64,000 bases of DNA from Octopus sinensis (lineage: Eukaryota): NCBI RefSeq assembly GCF_006345805.1, contig NC_043006.1, forward strand, positions 76,818,001 through 76,882,000, written 5' to 3'. The notes below the pieces were generated by a model. It ran no database searches, was not told the origin of the DNA, and was given only the letters and a program-made list of their open reading frames with translations. Both the position numbers and the translations under genes were made by a program. This document shows positions 52,738-64,000 of this stretch, piece by piece. Each line of letters starts with the position of its first letter. The stretch's first letter is position 1.

Positions 52738-55462
52738 TGCAGTGTGCCGTGTTGTTACTATTTGGATTTGGATTTACGAAAGTATTGTTGAAATTGTTAC
52801 TGTTTCTTGTTTGTTGAAAGCTTTTACCTGCTTGGCAGGCTGTTGTTGAAATTCTGTGATTTCACCTACGGGGTAAAGATTTGAACGTTGTTTTTTTATT
52901 GCAACTTATTGAAAGTTTTTGTTTATGAACTGTGTCTTTCACCCCACGGGGTAGGAATTTGAACATTTGAATTCTCTTTTGCGAGTATTCTTTTCAAAAA
53001 AAGAAAAAGAACTTTTCTCCTTTGTGAGAAATCCATTTAGAAAAAGTCTTTTTCTCCTTTGTGAGAAATTCACTAGAAAAAAAATATTTGTTTTTTTTCT
53101 CTCCGGAAAAATCATGGCAACCATGGAAATAATAAATGAGCGAATGGCTCTTGAAGGAGTTAATAGAAGTAACCAAATGAATGATGGTGTGAAAAATTTT
53201 GCTGCGGCAACTGCGATTCACAAGGAAGGTGTTGAGATAATGCGTTGAATATCAAACTTTCTACGGCATGTTGTTCTTAGATGGAGGTGATATTCGAATC
53301 GTCCCCACCAAGTGACATTACGACACAAACCAAAAATACGTCTATCATATACCAAACATGATGCGGAGAACAAAAAATTGCTAACGTTCCAAAAGAAAAA
53401 AATACCGCTCACACTAAAAACAAAAGAGGTGGTACTTCTGCCTTCATATCTTGAACGTAGACCGTTCCAGATCAAGATACAAGAAGTATCACCGAAAATG
53501 ACGCCGCGTGGGTGGTGGCTGCCCTCTGCTTGTCAAATGAAGATAAAATTTCCATACTAGAAATTGCCGCTCTGCCTTATATAGGTACTAGAGATAAGTC
53601 AGCTTTAATTGTCCACAGTTTGTTCTGGTCTCTTACACGGATCACAAGCTAGGAATGTGTAGGATGAGCATAGATACATAGACAGCGATCTGGCTACTGG
53701 AAGCTAAACAAGACTATTTTGTCTTGTTAGGATATTGTAGTCAGGCTAAAGAGTTAGGCATGAAAGCATTAACTGGTACCGTGTTGAATAACAGGTGGTG
53801 GTTTACCCTCAAACGAGCCATTCGACCTGAGTCGATTAGATTTACCCAGAAGATCAGGAAAGACTAGAGCAGAAAGGGATCAAGTCAAGGACTTAGAAGA
53901 TGTGTTAAGGTTGGGTTCTGCATCCCACATTTTGACAGCGAGATCGGACTTCAACCGACACCTCAAAGCCAAGTACGCGGGATGTAGAGTTCAGGCTAAA
54001 TTACGTGCATTGGGCCGCGAGGTAATTAACGTTGCCGGTTTGGCTTGCACCGTAGAGACCCAGCATGGCAATGATGTCACAATTGGGTCTTTGGTCGATG
54101 AACAAGATGAGACGTGTGATGTCTTTTACAAGCACTTTGCTGAGTTGTTAGGGAGGAGTGAAGTGATGGACCATGGTGAGCTTCCTGAATGGTGGTCTGC
54201 GTCCCTCGGCACGAGAAGTTGAGTGCAGTGAAGGACCAATCACGGCTAAGGAAGTCATGGAGGTACTGTCCGAATGCCTCCGGGTCTGCCCTATGACTTT
54301 CTCAAAAGTATGCCAGATTTGTTCGAGCATCTGCTGGAAGGCATCTATGCCAACTTGCTGCAGAATGGGAAAATTCACAAGACTGCAATCTGGGGAGTGG
54401 TGACGCTGATCAGAAAGGACCCGAACAAGAGGAACTTTATTAGTAACTTTAGGCTCATAAATCTGTTAAGCACAGAGTTTATAATTTTGGCCAAGGTGCT
54501 TTCAAAAAGGTTGGTGTGGGTCTTAGGTAGCCTTGTTGGAGAGCGCAAACATGCACCATCCCCAGCAGGACGATACATGACAATCTCTACCGCATAAGCT
54601 ACACGTTAGAGCGGGTGGTTAAAATTTCTGACAAAGCTGGGGCACTGGTACATTTAGATCAATCTAAAGCATTCGATGGAGTTGATCATCGGTACCTGGT
54701 GGCGGTTCTCAGGGCGGCCGCGCTGGGCCAGAATTTTTACGACTGAATCACTGCTCTGTACAACCACTTCAAATCTATCGTTCTGATGAACGATTTCATT
54801 TCGAAACCGTTCGACATTAAGCTCTATGTTTGCCAGGGGTGTCCCCTGTCTTCGCTTTTGTATGTATTGGCACTTGAGCCATTACTGCGAAGGTTTGAGG
54901 CTTCAGTCGATATTTCGCGTGATCTAAACTGTGGAAGAACTGCGACCGTGTACGCGGATGACACCAACATCATCGCGTCGGATTAAAGGCAGCTACCTTG
55001 TGTAGACAATACCATCAGAAGATACGAAGCGGTGGCAGGAGCAAAAATTAAGCAGGATGAGTTAGCCGGCTTGCAACTCGGCACCTGTGAGGACAAGTCG
55101 ATGCCGCCCAATAATATCGTGGGACGTTGAACGGAAGGTCCGGTTAAGTTGCTTGGTGTCTGGTTTGGTCCGTATTTCCAGGTAGAGAAGAACTGGAGTG
55201 AGGTCACAAGCAAGGTAACTCTCCTAACCAAGATTTGGTCTGAAAGGATGCTATTGCGGCTAGGGATGGCGGAAGTGGCGCAGATGTACATAGCATCTGT
55301 TATTACCTACCGCCTGACCATCGTGCCTTGCCCCGATTCGTGGCTGAGCAAGTAGGAGCGTCCCACCTTCCGCATTTTGTGGAGAGGGGCACCACTTGTA
55401 AGGCGCTCTATCTACTGCCAAAAGCCGTTAAAAGGTGGGCTAGGGATGCCGTGGCTAAAGAA
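52738..55462 (+). mobile_element. Decayed Tx1/L1-clade LINE (5' UTR, ORF1 start, internal deletion, end of EN and RT), 3'-truncated
   Basis: ORF1-like VVLLPSYLERR; ORF2 motifs SYTDHK, GYWKLN, NFRLINLL, LDQSKAFD, QGCPLSSLLYVLALEPL, YADD, LLGVWF, GGLGMP; many stops. Confidence 0.82.
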
Positions 55463-55523
55463 GCCCAAGATGCCACGCAGTGGGACTGAAACCGGAACCA
55501 TGTGGTTGGTTAGCAAGCTACTT

Positions 55524-57551
55524 TATTTCATCTAATTTTCCACAAGGGCATTACACAGATAGCAGCTTTGCGGGCTGGACATAGACATTAATGATATGAA
55601 TGATGGTAATGCAAAAATGATGATGATGGGAGAAGACGAAAAGCGCCCGCCGACCTTCGCTTCTCTAAAACAATGTTCCTTTTTCTTTATTTTCAAAAAA
55701 TCGATATGAGGCTTCAAACCTCTTACACAAAGGAGGCACTAAAACCTCTTACAAACTTCTGTCATTCATTTAATTTTCCACAAGGGAAGCACATAAATTC
55801 ACAACAATTCTCCCTGTCAGGTCCCCGAAGCAAAGTGCCTTGCCGCCTGCAGACAACTCTACGGCGACGAGTCGAGGCCTGTAAAGAGAAAAGCAAATTC
55901 TTTCCTGTTAAAGGTCGCTGCGACCTCTGACAAAATATTGTCCGTTACTACCTCCGCAGCCACCTGCGAAGGCCATAACGGACTACTTGTGCAGACCGTG
56001 TCCATACGTTCTCGGTCATCCAAGCCGTTCAAAAAATTTTTTCACCTTCCCTCCCTTGTGGTAAAGGAGGATAAACCACTCCTCTTCACAGGAAGGAGCC
56101 TCACACTGATCCGTCAGTGGCACACTTCCCACTGACGGAGCCTTATCCGCAGGTGGCACACATCCCACCTGCGGCTCCGTCGGCGGCCTAGGAACACTCG
56201 CCGCCCATCGTCTGTTCCTCTTTTTCCTCTTTCTTTTCGAGACTGCGAGCCCAGGGGCCTCCATCGCCGGACGCGGGGCGTCGCTATCCTCCTCCTCCGT
56301 CTGTACGTTCTTTGGTGAGCAACCATTGTTGCTCACCGTTCTTTTTCTTTTCGTGGAGGCAGCTTCCTCCACGACTTCCACCGTCTCCCCCTCCAATGAA
56401 GGGGCGGCGTGCACTTTCTCTTTTTCCTGCTCCAGGATCCTACTTTGGTCCCTGGGGCAGTTCTTCTTAATGTGGCCGGTCTCCAGGCACAGGTGACACT
56501 TAGGGGGGGGGGCGTCCCTCAAGCATCACCGGATACCTGGACCCGGCCATCCTCAAGAAATCCGGAAAAAAACAGACTTTCGGCTGATTGGGTCCATAGG
56601 GTCAAAACAGCTTTCGACCCCTCCCAATCAGCCGCAGGCAACAATTTTACATTCAGCAGCTTGGCGCTGCTACCACCCAGACCCCGGCAAATAGGGTCCT
56701 CTATCCCCTCGGGCTCAAATCCGGGTGGCAGTCCGAAGATCCAAGTCTTCAATAGTTTCTTTCCACAGTAGCTTGGAAGAAACAATATTTCCTCACCCTC
56801 GAGGGGCTGACTTGCAAAATCGCATGCTTCTTGGGGGGAGTCAAATAGCAACCGTACCGTTGCATATTTCACTTCCCTTGCAATAAATTTAATGGCTGGC
56901 ATGTAGTCTGCCAGCTCGTTCAAAATTGTGGCCTTCGGAAAGACGGCTATGGTGTCGAGCGACTTCGAATAAGTCCTCAACACCACGGTCTTCTCCTCCA
57001 GCTCTTTTAAATATTTTTTGGGAGGTGTCAACTCCCACACAAGAAATTCCTTTGACATTTTAACACAAAGTTCAATTACAGTTCAAAATATAAGGAAATA
57101 AAATAAGACACAAAAAGGAGAATGAAAAACACAACAGAAGGGAAGAAATGAAAATAGAAAAAGCAGTTCGAAAAAATTCTTTTTTTGTTAAAGATAAACG
57201 ATAGCTCGAAGAAGAGAGTTCAAAGAATCCTTGGTAATCCTTGGTGCTCCGTGGTAAATACAGTGGAAAACACAAAGACAATTTCAAAACAAATTAATTT
57301 TTGCGGATCTTCAAAAACACAATTCTTACTGCAAAGTGAGTCTCTAAAGGCGGCCACAGGCAGGAAAATGTCCGGAGCAGAGTGGAGTCTATTACTCACT
57401 GAAAAATATTAAATACAGAGCAACAAACTCCACTAAGCCCTCAAAAATATAAAAGAAATGCCTACCTGTAGTCGAGCCTCAAAATTCAATAATTCACGCC
57501 GAAAGACGTGACATCCGGCAGCAGCCAAAAAACACGTCCGAACACTTTGAA
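55524..57551 (-). mobile_element. ORF1-only (half-LINE) Tx1-type element, 2,028 bp, with a 16-bp TSD inside a SINE A head
   Basis: GGTTAGCAAGCTACTT at 55508-55523 and 57552-57567; SINE pieces 55463-55523 and 57552-57589 rejoin into a family A head nearly identical to 38757-38840. Confidence 0.85.
56016..57058 (-). pseudogene. Tx1-type ORF1 (Gag-like nucleic-acid-binding protein with CCHC zinc knuckle), frameshifted
   Basis: 179-aa ORF (FLPSYCGKK motif, also seen as LLPSYLERR in the plus-strand element) followed out of frame by CHLCLETGHIKKNC and a basic tail; frameshift(s) at or near the G10 run around 56483-56492. Confidence 0.75.
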
Positions 57552-57659
57552 GGTTAGCAAGCTACTTACCACACAGCCACTCCTGCGCCGATATATATAA
57601 CAATATCTGTTTCAACACACGACTTCACATAAAAAATCTTGCACAACAAATATTTAAAC

Positions 57660-57703
<44 letters not shown>

Positions 57704-57719
57704 ATATGTGTACATTGAT

Positions 57720-58790
57720 ATTTATTATCTCAAAGACAATGTCTTTATGTGTTTGTGTATTATACATTCGAAAATTGCTGCACCGATCATAATGAAATTT
57801 GGAACACAAAATCCAAGCCTGGGGGGAAGGGTAATGCTGTGTGTTTCATACCTTATGGACCAAAATTGCTGAATGGATACTTATGATATTTGAAGCTTAG
57901 ATTCAATGCATAAGGGCGGGTATAATGCAATATGTTTTGTTTGAATTTCAGATGGCTTAAAGGGGGAAGAACCCCAAAGGAAATTCATAAATTTTCGATG
58001 TTGATGAAATTTCAACCATGGGTTATTGACACACACATCAAGAAGTATTCTCAGAGTTTCCACTTCACATGAGGATTCTAAGACACTCAAATGGGGTCCT
58101 TAACTCCCAAATTTTAGTCATTTCTTTTATGATCCAAAACTAAGTCAAAAGTACTGAATGGATATTTACGAAATTTGGAAATTATATTCGATGCATAAGG
58201 GCCACAACTCCCATGACAATGCATATATTTTTGCTGTTGATGAAATTTTAACCATAGATATTAGATACAAATAAAGTAATATTTATAAAATTTCATCGTC
58301 TTACAAGTTATAAAGAACCCACCATGGGGAAATAACACCCATAATTTTGTCATTTTATCTAAGCAAAGACGAATAGTTGTACTCTTGGAAGCTGTGGGGT
58401 CATCCGAGCATAGAAGTTGAGCATTATTTGTAATTCAATTGTACAACAGTGTAAGAGTTTGCTTTGACATACACTTAGATTATGATTTCTGCATGTACTG
58501 CATAAATTGTCAAGTAAATGAGAGGCACCTTTGCCTCCACTGATTCAGTTGCAAAGTGTTGAGTAAAGTTATTTGATTGCAGATCTACTTTCAGTCTTTT
58601 TATTATCACTGGATCACACATAGTCTCCAGATGGTAACATTGATTTGAAGGTCTTCCCAGATGAGTGACTGGTTATTCAAAGACATATATAGATTCTAAA
58701 TTTATTCTGTCATTTGCAAACTGCAACTTTCATTTCTCTTTAGCCCTCACGTCAGACAGTTGTTAATGTTTATTTCAGTTGGGTCACGCC
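57720..58790 (+). mobile_element. Unclassified repeat with an internal tandem subunit of about 200 bp (Helitron/DINE-like features)
   Basis: GCACCGATCATAATGAAATTTGG motif; 57868-58090 resembles 58090-58310; 58090-58790 recurs at 63336-64000. Confidence 0.5.
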
Positions 58791-59146
58791 CTTCCAATTG
58801 CTATAGATTCGTAATGCATCTTACTGCCGTGCCTGTCACCTGGATGGTGAGGAATCCTACATTGGGAGTGGTAACGTCTAGGGCACTGTAGCTGACTGCT
58901 TATTGTGATCATTCGTTTTTTGGTTTCCTGTAGTTTTGGTCTCTTTTACAAACCCAGTGAACATATATTTCCTATTTCAAAGAAGTTCAAACAACAGATA
59001 TAAGACCCGAGTAAAAAAGATTCTCAACAATTCAAATTCTCTGGTTGACATTAAGACGCCCACCCCCAATAGGGGCGTTAACTCTCGAATTTCAGAGCTC
59101 CATGTATGTATGTGCATATATAAATATATATACATACATACATATA

Positions 59147-59370
59147 TCTATATATATAACGCTGAGAATGTGTGTCTGTCTGTGTGAATCCCTAAAACTT
59201 GAGAACTACACAACCAATTTCATTCAAATTTTACACATGCTTTACTTACGGTCCATGGAGTGTCATGGGCAAAAGTGTTTTAACTTCTTACCTAGGGCGG
59301 GCCCACAGCAATATCATATCTTCTCCACTATTTCAGTATTACGTGTTAAAAGTGAAATAAAACAGCTCTC
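59147..59370 (+). mobile_element. Probable Helitron-like 5' end
   Basis: A|TCTATATATATAAC, TGTGTGTCTGTCTGTG, then CAACCAATTTCATTCAAATTT; same layout as 7582. Confidence 0.45.
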
Positions 59371-59399
59371 TATTGTATGTATATGGATGTATATATATG

Positions 59400-59438
<39 letters not shown>

Positions 59439-59661
59439 ATATATAGATGTATATGTATACATGTATATGTATACATGTATATGTATACATGTATATGTAT
59501 AGATGTATTTCTATAGATATACATGTATGTTTAGATGTATATATATATATATATATATAGATGTACATGTAATATATACACATATATATACTCATATATA
59601 CATGCATACATATATACACCCATACACACACCTCCACCCACCCACACCCACGCACATACAT

Positions 59662-59990
59662 AGGTGCAGGTTTCGCTGTGTGGTAACAAACTTGGCTCTA
59701 AAACACATGGTCCTCTGTTCAGTCCCACTGTGTGGTAACTTGGCACGTGTCTTCTGTTAAAGCCTCAGACCAACCAAAGCCTTGTCAATGGATTTTGTAG
59801 ACAGAAACTGAAAGAAATCAATTGTATGTATATGTATGTATATATGTAAGTCTATGTGTGTGTCTTTGTGTTTCTCCCTCATCACTGCTTCACAACTGGC
59901 GTTCGTTTATTTACATCCCCATAACTTACTGGTTTCACAAGAAGAAACTGATAGAATAAGTATCAGGCTTATCAAAATATAAAAAAAGCA
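59662..59990 (+). mobile_element. SINE family A, old and degenerate
   Basis: Recognisable head (GCTGTGTGGTAAC...GTTCAGTCCCACTG) and body; tail lost. Confidence 0.7.
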
Positions 59991-60086
59991 CTAGGCAATG
60001 TCTCATATTTTTGTTTGCGCACTCAGTTGTATCTATCAATTTATCTTTGTGTGTGTGTATACACACACTCTCACACACACAAACAC

Positions 60087-60208
<122 letters not shown>

Positions 60209-60276
60209 ATTTCGTAGACAGGAACTGAAACAAATCAATCGTATATATATGTATGTATATATGTAAGTGTATGTGT

Positions 60277-62981
60277 TTTGGTATTGGCAACATGAATGAC
60301 AATTGTCAGAGACTACTTGAATTTTGCACATACCATAATCCGTGCATCACCAACACATTCTTTGCCAACAAGATATCCCACAAGGCATCTTGGAGACATC
60401 CAATATCTCAACACTGGCATCAGCTGGATCTCATCATTACACGAAGATCCTTTCTGAATTCTGTTCAACTGACCCGTAGTTACCACAGTGCGGATTGTGA
60501 CATACATCATCCACTAATAAGAAGCAGGGTGAGGATTCTGCCTAACAAAATCCATTACTCCAAGAAAATGGGCCGACCACGCATTAACACTGCCAGAACC
60601 TCGGACCCTACAGTGCGAAAATGTTTTGTTGTTTCCATCAAGGTTGCCCTCAGTAGCTGCTCAACCTTCTCTGCTGAAATTAGGTGGAATTATATCAGGG
60701 AAGCTTTGTATACCACATCAATAGATACTTTCGGCATGAGAGAAAGGCAAAACCCAGATTGGTTCAGTGCTGGGCTCTCAGAGCTGGAAACAGTTATCGA
60801 AGCAAAGTGTGCAGCTCTGATGCAATACAAGAGTCATTCTTCTACAAATTCACTCGAAGAACTCAGAAAGGCAAGAAATAAAACCCAACTGACTGCCAGA
60901 CGCTGTGCAAATAGGTATTGGCCGGAAATCTGTCACAGTATCCAGTCAGCTCCATGGGATGTATGCCGGTTTGAAGAAGGCCCTCGGTCCATCCGCAACC
61001 AAGTCAGCCCCTCTGAAATCAACTACTGGAGATCTCATCGAGGACCAAAGCAAGCAAATGGATAGATGGGTGGAGTACTACCAGGATTTCTGCTCACGGT
61101 AGACCAGGGTAGCTGAGGCTGCAATCGAGGGTGTCAAGATCTTGCCAGTCATGTGTGAACTTAACAGTCTGCCATCTATAGCAGAGCTCACCAAAGCTAT
61201 TGACTCCCTAGCAAGTAACAAGACTCCGGGAAAAGACGTCATCTCCTTAGAGATCATCAAAACCGGCAAAAACACTATCCTGCTTCGGCACCTTCATGAG
61301 CTTCTGTGTCAGTGCTGGGGAGAGGGTACAATCCCTCAGGATATGCGGGATGCTAACATCATTACGCTTTACAAAAACAAAGGTGACCGTGGTGATTGTA
61401 ACAATTACCGTTGAATATCTCTTCTAAGCACTATTGGAAAGGCCTTTGCTCGCGTTATCTTGTCCAGGCTACAACTGCTTGCTTCTCGAATTTATCCAGA
61501 ATCGCAGTGTGGCTTTAGAAGAAGCAGATCAACTATTGACATGATATTCTCCATATGCCAACTTCAGGGGAAGTCCAGAGAGCAGAACATGCCATTATAT
61601 ATGGCCTTCATTGATCTGACAAATGCCTTTAACTTGGTAAACAGAAAAGGCCTCTTCATCCTGCTCCAAAAAATCGGATGTCCACCAAAGCTGCTGAGGA
61701 TCATCAAATCTTTCCATGATGATATGCAAGGCACCATACAGCACAGTGGTTTAACATCAACCGCCTTCCAAATAAAAAACGGGGTAAAGCAAGGTTGTGC
61801 TCTTGCTCCTACATTACTTGGCATTTTCTTCTCGCTGCTGCTGTCATATGCCTTTCAGACATCAGATGATGGAGTGTTTCTGCACAGTAGAAGTGACGGG
61901 AAACTGTTCAGTCTCTCGTGTCTGCGTGTCAAGACCAAAATCAGAAGTGTCCTGATCAAGGAGGTGCTATTTGCTAATGATACCGCTCTGGTATCACACA
62001 CAGAAGCCCTACAAAGGCTCATCAACTGTTTTGAGTAAGCATGTAGCAACTTTGGCTTAGTTATCAGCCTCAAGAAGACCAATATCATGGGTCAGGCTAC
62101 ATCGGACATCCCAAACATACATATTGGAGACTACAGTCTACAAGAGGTGGAGAAGTTTACCTATCTTAGCTCTACCGTCACCTACAACCTATCCCTTGAT
62201 GCTGAGCTCAATATACGCATTGGCAAGGCAGTTGCTGTGATGGCCCAACTATCCAAACGGGCATGGGACAACAATAAGCTGACCAAGACCACAAAAATGA
62301 AGAAATTACCAGGCATGTGTACTTAGCACTCTACTGTATGGAAGTGATACTTAGACGCCATACACACGCCAAGAGCGTCGCCTAAATATCTTTCACCTGC
62401 GCTGCCTCCGGGAAATCCTTCGCATCAAATGGCAGAATCATGTCCACAACAAAGATGTCCTCAAGCTAGCAGGTATACCAAGCATGTTTGCACTCCTCAC
62501 ACAAAGACGTATGAGATGGTTTGGACATGTTAGCCGTATGGAAGATGGCAGAATCCCCAAAGACATACTCTACGGAGAGCTTGCTAGGGGCACTAGGTCT
62601 GTGGGAAGACCATTCTTACGTTACAAGGATGTTTGCAAAAGGGCCATGAATGCCTGCAACATCAATATTACCAACTGGGAAGTAGTTGCCAGCAACCGTG
62701 GAGATTGACGACATACCGTAAAAGATGGGACACAACGAGTGACATAGAGAGAGGGGAGAAATGGAAAGACAAGAAAAGACGTCAACAAGAAAGTATGACA
62801 TTACAGCCAGCCAGGCAAAGTCTTCGCTACATTTGCGGCACCTGCCAGAGGGAGTGTTTGTCCAGGATAGGGCTACACAGCCACAGCAGGAGATGTATTA
62901 GGACATGAAATGTAAAAGCCGGTCTAGATTATTTTATGCGCAACTCCATTGTCTCCCGAGACAAAAAGAATGCCTGCAACA
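60277..62981 (+). mobile_element. 5'-truncated RTE-clade LINE (end of APE, RT, C-terminal Cys/His motif), about 2.7 kb, with multiple stops and frameshifts
   Basis: TNTFF..K...SWRHP.S.HWHQLDLII, YPESQCGFR, FIDL..AF, GVKQGC.LAPTL, LFAND and SRIGLHSHSRRC motifs; 3' end GTCTCCCGAGAC...GCC.GCAAC. Confidence 0.93.
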
Positions 62982-63292
62982 ATATATATGGATTTCGTAG
63001 GCAGGAACTGAAACAAATCAATCGTATATATATGTATCTATAAATGTAAGTGTATGTGTGTGTCTTTGTCTCTGTGTTTCGCCCTCATCACTGCTTCACA
63101 ACTGCTGTTCATTTATTTACACCCACTTAACTTACTGGTTTCACAAGAACAAACTAATACAATAAGTACCAAGCTTATCAACATAAAAAAGCATTAGGCT
63201 ATGTCTCATAATTTTGTTTGCCCAATCAGTTGTATCTATCAATTTATCTTTGTATGTGTGTGTGTGTGTATCTATCTATCTATCTACATATA

Positions 63293-63329
<37 letters not shown>

Positions 63330-63335
63330 CCCTAA

Positions 63336-64000
63336 TGGGAGCCTTAACTCCCAAATTTTAGTCATTTCTTTTTTGATCCAAATCTGGGTCAAAAGTACAA
63401 AATGGATCTTTATGAAATTTGGAAATTATATTCTATGCATAAGGGCCATAACTCCCATGACAATTCATATATTTTTGCTGTTGATGAAATTTTAACCATA
63501 GATATCAGACACAAATAAAGTAATATTTATAAAATTTCGTCTTCTTACAAGTTATAAAGACCCCACCATTGGGACTTAACACCCACAATTTTGTCATTTT
63601 ATCAAAGCAAAAACGAATACAGTTGTGCTCTTGGAAGCTGTAGGGTTACCCGAGCATAAAATTTGAGCATTATTTCTAATTCAATGGCGCAACAATGTAA
63701 AAGTTTGCTTTGACATACACTTACATCGTGATTTCTGCAATGAGCTGCATAAATTGTCAAGTAAATGAGAGGCACCTTTGCCTCCACTGATTCTGTTGGA
63801 AAGTGTTGAGTAAAGTTATTTGATTGCAGACCTCCTTTCAGTCTTTTTATTATCACTGGGTCACACATAGTCCCCTCATGGTAACATTGATTTCAAGTAT
63901 AGATATCAGTATAGTGTTCATTTGCAAACTCCAACTTTCATTTCTCCTTAGTCCTCACGTCACACAGTTATTAATGTTTATTTCAGTTGGGTCACGCCCT
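63336..64000 (+). repeat. Direct copy of 58090-58790, running off the window end
   Basis: Colinear, clearly similar but not identical, from CCTTAACTCCCAAATTTTAG to GTCACGCCCT. Confidence 0.9.

Noticed and set aside
52738-57551. Twin-priming 5' inversion of a single Tx1 element
   Set aside because: The orientation is convergent rather than divergent, the minus part has its own TSD and 3' end, and the plus part has its own ORF1 start.

Overview
This is eukaryotic, AT-rich, microsatellite-dense DNA made almost entirely of repeats. The SINE families, (CA)/(TA)/(ATC)/(TAG) tracts and transposon content point to an Octopus-like cephalopod (inference, not database-checked). I found no host protein-coding gene, RNA gene or CRISPR array that I can support; most ORF-track entries are translated microsatellites. 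Recognisable contents: three tRNA-derived SINE families (called A, B and C here; more than 25 copies), degenerate Tc1/mariner (maT/DD37D-like and DD34D) elements, piggyBac-type and TA-flanked MITEs, a 2.2-kb foldback family, a decayed Ty3/Gypsy element with nested insertions, and LINE fragments of the RTE, CR1, R4/Dong and Tx1/L1 clades. The most notable observation is a 2,028-bp Tx1-type element encoding only ORF1 (no EN/RT). It sits in the tRNA-derived head of a SINE with a perfect 16-bp TSD, a second SINE-head/Tx1-tail junction occurs 21 kb away, and its 3' end resembles the tail of SINE family B. Other points: an RTE flanked by a 78-bp duplication, two locally templated insertions, a nested inverted duplication at 39.8-44.0 kb, and two degenerate minimal hammerhead-like motifs. 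All coordinates were read by eye and may be off by a few bases at degenerate ends.
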